Below are positions 60,986 through 64,000 of a DNA stretch of 64,000 nucleotides, one piece after another. The DNA comes from Alphaproteobacteria bacterium MarineAlpha5_Bin7 (GTDB lineage: Bacteria > Pseudomonadota > Alphaproteobacteria > HIMB59 > GCA-002718135). Every line of letters starts with the position of its first letter. Within the stretch, counting starts at the first letter, position 1. The notes beneath the pieces were generated by a model. That model was not told the origin of the DNA. It searched no databases and worked only from the letters and a program-made list of their open reading frames with translations. A program made the translations under genes and the position numbers. The stretch is from assembly GCA_002938195.1 (NCBI GenBank), contig PTKX01000003.1, positions 5,454 to 69,453 on the forward strand. The letters are read 5' to 3'.

Positions 60986-62299
60986 TTTCAAAAAATCTAA
61001 AAATTTATAATAAATTACTGCAGAGGTATAGATTGGTCTTCTCAAATAGTCTCCCCCTGGAATAGAAAAATTATTTATCTTTTTTATAAAATCAAATCTT
61101 TCTGAATTGCCAGATATTTTTTCTGAAATCAACTTCCCTGCTAAAACACTTAAAGCTAAACCGTGTCCAGAATAACCATGAGCATAAATTAATTTATCAT
61201 TCATTATAGACCCAAAACTAGGCATACGATTAACTGTTATAGCTAATGTTCCTCCCCATGAATAATCTATTTTATATTTCATTAAACTTGGAAAAACTTT
61301 ATACATTCTATTAATAACAATTTTTTTAGAATCTTTCATGAATTGTGAAGTAAAAGTTTCACCGCCTCCAAATATCATTCTCCAATCTTCACTGAATCTG
61401 TAATAATCGATAATAAATCGAGTATCTGATACTGCGTAATTATTTTTAATAATCTTTCGTGCTTCAGTTTCTCCCAAAGGTTCAGTAGCAACAATATAAT
61501 TATTTATAGGCATAAAGGTATTTCTTAAATTACCAAGTAATTTGTCTAAATACCCATTACAAGCAACTACAACACGATCTGCATTTATGGTCTTAGAATC
61601 AGTATATAATTTAACTCCATCATTAATTTCTAATATTTTTTTTACAGGTGTGTTTTCATATACTCTCACTTTTAATTTAATCAATAATTCTGCCATTCCC
61701 ATCAAAAATCTTAATGGGTTAATATGATAACTAAATTTATTCAGCATACCCGAATTATAAATTTTTGATTGAATTTCTTCATGAATTTCTTTTTTATTTA
61801 AAAATTCATAACCTTGAAAATTATAGAATTTAGACATATGATCAATTTCTTTCAAGAAATCAGATTTATCTCCATTAAAAATACCTGCTGATAAAACACC
61901 GTTTTGTAAATTGCATTTAATATCATTTTCTAAAATTAAGTTTTTTGATTCATCGACAGCTTCTAGTCCTAATTTCCAAAGCTCTTTTGCATGATTTAAA
62001 CCAAATTTTTTTTCAATAAATTTTTGATCTTTTCTCATCCCTATTCCCAATTGACCTCCGTTTCTACCTGAAGCGCCCCATCCTAATTTTCTAGCTTCTA
62101 ATAATGCCACTGTATATCCTTTTTGCGCCAAATGAAGTGAGCTAGATATGCCTGTTAACCCGCCGCCAACTACACAAATATCAACTTTTAAATTATCATC
62201 TAATGAAGAGCTGCCTTTAAAGGGTTTAATTGTGCTTTTATAATAGCTTCCTTCTTCATTATCGTGTTGTTCAAAGGTATGTTTTTTGTTAAATATCAT
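60974..62299 (-). CDS. FAD-dependent oxidoreductase, gamma-glutamylputrescine oxidase (PuuB)-like / DAO family
   Basis: 441 aa with the dinucleotide fold DICVVGGGLTGISSSLHLAQKGYTVALLE and the C-terminal HGYSGHGLALS. Confidence 0.8.
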   Translation of the reverse strand: MIFNKKHTFEQHDNEEGSYYKSTIKPFKGSSSLDDNLKVDICVVGGGLTGISSSLHLAQKGYTVALLEARKLGWGASGRNGGQLGIGMRKDQKFIEKKFGLNHAKELWKLGLEAVDESKNLILENDIKCNLQNGVLSAGIFNGDKSDFLKEIDHMSKFYNFQGYEFLNKKEIHEEIQSKIYNSGMLNKFSYHINPLRFLMGMAELLIKLKVRVYENTPVKKILEINDGVKLYTDSKTINADRVVVACNGYLDKLLGNLRNTFMPINNYIVATEPLGETEARKIIKNNYAVSDTRFIIDYYRFSEDWRMIFGGGETFTSQFMKDSKKIVINRMYKVFPSLMKYKIDYSWGGTLAITVNRMPSFGSIMNDKLIYAHGYSGHGLALSVLAGKLISEKISGNSERFDFIKKINNFSIPGGDYLRRPIYTSAVIYYKFLDFLKSFN

Positions 62300-62366
62300 A
62301 ATGTTTATTCTAATATTATTAAAGCAATTCTTTTTATAGACAATAATAACATTTTTATTTGATTTA

Positions 62367-63734
62367 ATGATTGAAAATTTTGAAAATTGGTTGAAAGAAA
62401 ATTCTATAACAGAAGTAGAATGCCTAATTCCTGATTTAGGGGGTATAGCTAGAGGAAAAATACTACCTTCTAATAAATTTATTAAAGGGTTGAAAGATGA
62501 TAGCCATAGATTGCCTCAATCTATTTTTATTCAAACTATATCTGGTGGATATGCAACTGAAGATGATCAAGAATTACCTATAGATGTTTATAACCCTACT
62601 GATATTGACGTTATTTTGAGACCTGATTTTAAAACTATCAGAACTGTTCCTTGGTATGATGATCCTACAGCACAAATAATATGTGATGCAGTTAATTTAA
62701 ATGGTACTTCGGTAATTAATTCGAGTAGAGAAGTATTAAAAAAAATTTTAGCATTATATGAGAAATCTGGTTATGAGCCTATAGTATCTCCTGAAGTAGA
62801 GTTTTACTTAGTTAAACCAAATCCTGATGCTGATTATCCTTTAGAAGTTCCAATAGGTATGTCTGGAAGAAAAGAAACTGGAAAACAGTCTTATGGTATA
62901 GATGCAATTAATGAATTTGATCCACTTTTTGAAGATGTTTATAATTATTGTGAAGAACAAAATATTGAAATTGATACGATGAACCATGAAAGTGGTTCTG
63001 CCCAAATGGAAATAAATTTTCAACATGGTGAACCATTAGAATTAGCTGACCAAGTATTCTTATTTAAAAGAACTCTTAGACAGTCAGCTATTAAACATAA
63101 GTTGTATGCTACTTTCATGGCAAAACCTATTGAAAATCAACCCGGCAGTTCAATGCACTTACATCAATCTTTATATAATAAAAAAAATAAAAAAAATATT
63201 TTTTATAATAATAAAAAAACTATCTCTAATTTAATGAAAAACTATATCGGTGGACTACAAAAGTATACTCCCAATCTAATGCCCATCTATGCACCAAATA
63301 TTAATTCCTTTAGACGTTTATTTGCTACTTGGGATGCTCCGAGAAACACTAAATGGGGTATAGGAAATAGATCTTGCGGATTTAGAATACCTTCAATTGA
63401 GGAATTTAATATGAGAATAGAATCAAGAATTGCTGGATCAGATACAAATCCTTATCTTGTAATTGCTGCAAATTTAGCTTCCGGTTATCTAGGAATAAAA
63501 AATAAGATTAAACCTACTTCAGAAACAAAAAAAAGTGTCTTTGATGATAAACAAAGCTCCCTTCCCAAAAATATTGAAGAAGGAATTTCCATGTTTGAAA
63601 ATGACAAAGACATTGCAGATATATTTAATCAAAAATTTATTAGAACAATAGCAGCCATAAGAAGGGTTGAATATCAGGCATATTTGAAGGTAATTAGTTC
63701 ATGGGAAAGAGAATTTTTATTACTTAATGTTTAA
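62367..63734 (+). CDS. glutamine synthetase family protein, gamma-glutamyl-amine (PuuA/GmaS-like) ligase
   Basis: 455 aa with SPEVEFYL, NHESGSAQMEINF, GSSMHLHQSL, NSFRRL and WGIGNRSCGFRIP. It lacks the GlnA adenylylation-loop context. Confidence 0.85.
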   Translation: MIENFENWLKENSITEVECLIPDLGGIARGKILPSNKFIKGLKDDSHRLPQSIFIQTISGGYATEDDQELPIDVYNPTDIDVILRPDFKTIRTVPWYDDPTAQIICDAVNLNGTSVINSSREVLKKILALYEKSGYEPIVSPEVEFYLVKPNPDADYPLEVPIGMSGRKETGKQSYGIDAINEFDPLFEDVYNYCEEQNIEIDTMNHESGSAQMEINFQHGEPLELADQVFLFKRTLRQSAIKHKLYATFMAKPIENQPGSSMHLHQSLYNKKNKKNIFYNNKKTISNLMKNYIGGLQKYTPNLMPIYAPNINSFRRLFATWDAPRNTKWGIGNRSCGFRIPSIEEFNMRIESRIAGSDTNPYLVIAANLASGYLGIKNKIKPTSETKKSVFDDKQSSLPKNIEEGISMFENDKDIADIFNQKFIRTIAAIRRVEYQAYLKVISSWEREFLLLNV

Positions 63735-64000
63735 TTAACTTAAAACTAGATCAAGTTGTTTCAAATACCAGTTTTTAAATTTTTCTAAACCTTTTTCCAT
63801 TTGAGAAAGAGGTCCTGGTTTATATTTATTTGAGAGAACTCCCTTTTGATTATTTTCAATAATTCTTTTATCTGCAATTGTGGTAACATCCCACATCCAT
63901 ATCATTTCATCAACATTATAATCTAATCCCTCTTCTGCATCTTTATGAACCAGCCACATAAGTTCAACATCTGTTTTTAACGTTGATTTAGGAATAAAAG
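63735..64000 (-). CDS. C-terminal fragment of a Rieske-type non-heme iron oxygenase alpha subunit (GbcA / ring-hydroxylating oxygenase-like)
   Basis: The frame is open to the window edge (...FIPKSTLKTDVELMWLVHKDAEEGLDYNVDEMIWMWDVTTIADKRIIENNQKGVLSNKYKPGPLSQMEKGLEKFKNWY). The WLVHKDA..G.DY......W..T...D..I.E.NQ.G..S..Y.PGP.S..E pattern is typical of the catalytic-domain C-terminus. Confidence 0.5.
   Translation of the reverse strand, partial: FIPKSTLKTDVELMWLVHKDAEEGLDYNVDEMIWMWDVTTIADKRIIENNQKGVLSNKYKPGPLSQMEKGLEKFKNWYLKQLDLVLS

Noticed and set aside
5311-63026. Other short ORFs in the track that lie inside larger genes: 5311-5529, 5761-5961, 6697-6888, 6892-7089, 7907-8098, 14609-14866, 16563-16748, 20252-20473, 36796-36978, 37588-37776, 39904-40089, 42647-42871, 47618-47809, 54522-54833, 56300-56494, 56894-57133, 60523-60705, 61542-61727 and 62841-63026.
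   Set aside because: All are antisense or alternate-frame ORFs nested inside well-supported conserved genes. They lack recognisable motifs and are of the size expected by chance in frames where stop codons are depleted by the codon usage of the host gene.
1-64000. Looked on both strands for CRISPR arrays, IS elements or transposases, integrases, prophage genes, toxin-antitoxin pairs and known defence-system architectures, including around the tRNA-Leu gene.
   Set aside because: No direct-repeat/spacer arrays were seen. No ORF has transposase, integrase or phage hallmarks, and there are no small two-gene cassettes of the TA type. Every ORF over 60 aa outside nested shadows is accounted for by housekeeping or conserved-hypothetical families.

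Overview
This is a very AT-rich, extremely gene-dense window: about 66 CDS and 1 tRNA in 64 kb, with most spacers 0-90 bp and many start/stop overlaps. The gene content and synteny are alphaproteobacterial. Examples are lptF-lptG-lptD-surA-like-pdxA-rsmA, fabD-fabG-acpP-fabF-mltG-gmk, rpsF-rpsR-rplI-dnaB-alr, yfgM-bamB-der, hdaA, a class II DAHP synthase, and GAAC-N7-GAAC boxes upstream of recA. The streamlining fits a Pelagibacterales (SAR11)-like genome; that taxon call is inference and was not searched. Almost everything here is core housekeeping: translation, fatty acid and phospholipid synthesis, LPS transport, replication and repair, and cofactor and amino acid metabolism. I saw no rRNA, CRISPR array, transposase, integrase, prophage or recognisable defence genes. 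I found no convincing novel multi-gene system. The observations most worth follow-up are: (1) paired alphaproteobacterial SOS boxes in the recA-dksA spacer; (2) an RND pump whose permease carries an extra two-helix insertion between TM6 and TM7, and whose adaptor carries a perfect 21-bp (one heptad) tandem duplication, with no outer-membrane factor gene nearby; (3) a divergent GS-like / FAD-oxidase pair next to a Rieske oxygenase fragment, which looks like a gamma-glutamyl-amine catabolic module; (4) an orphan ParA-type ATPase and a TANGO2/NRDE homologue; (5) genome-architecture oddities, namely seven convergent gene pairs with overlapping 3' ends, head-to-head start codons 2 bp apart, a tRNA 6 nt after a CDS stop, and only one clear intrinsic terminator. 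Product calls come from reading motifs in the supplied translations. No database search was run.
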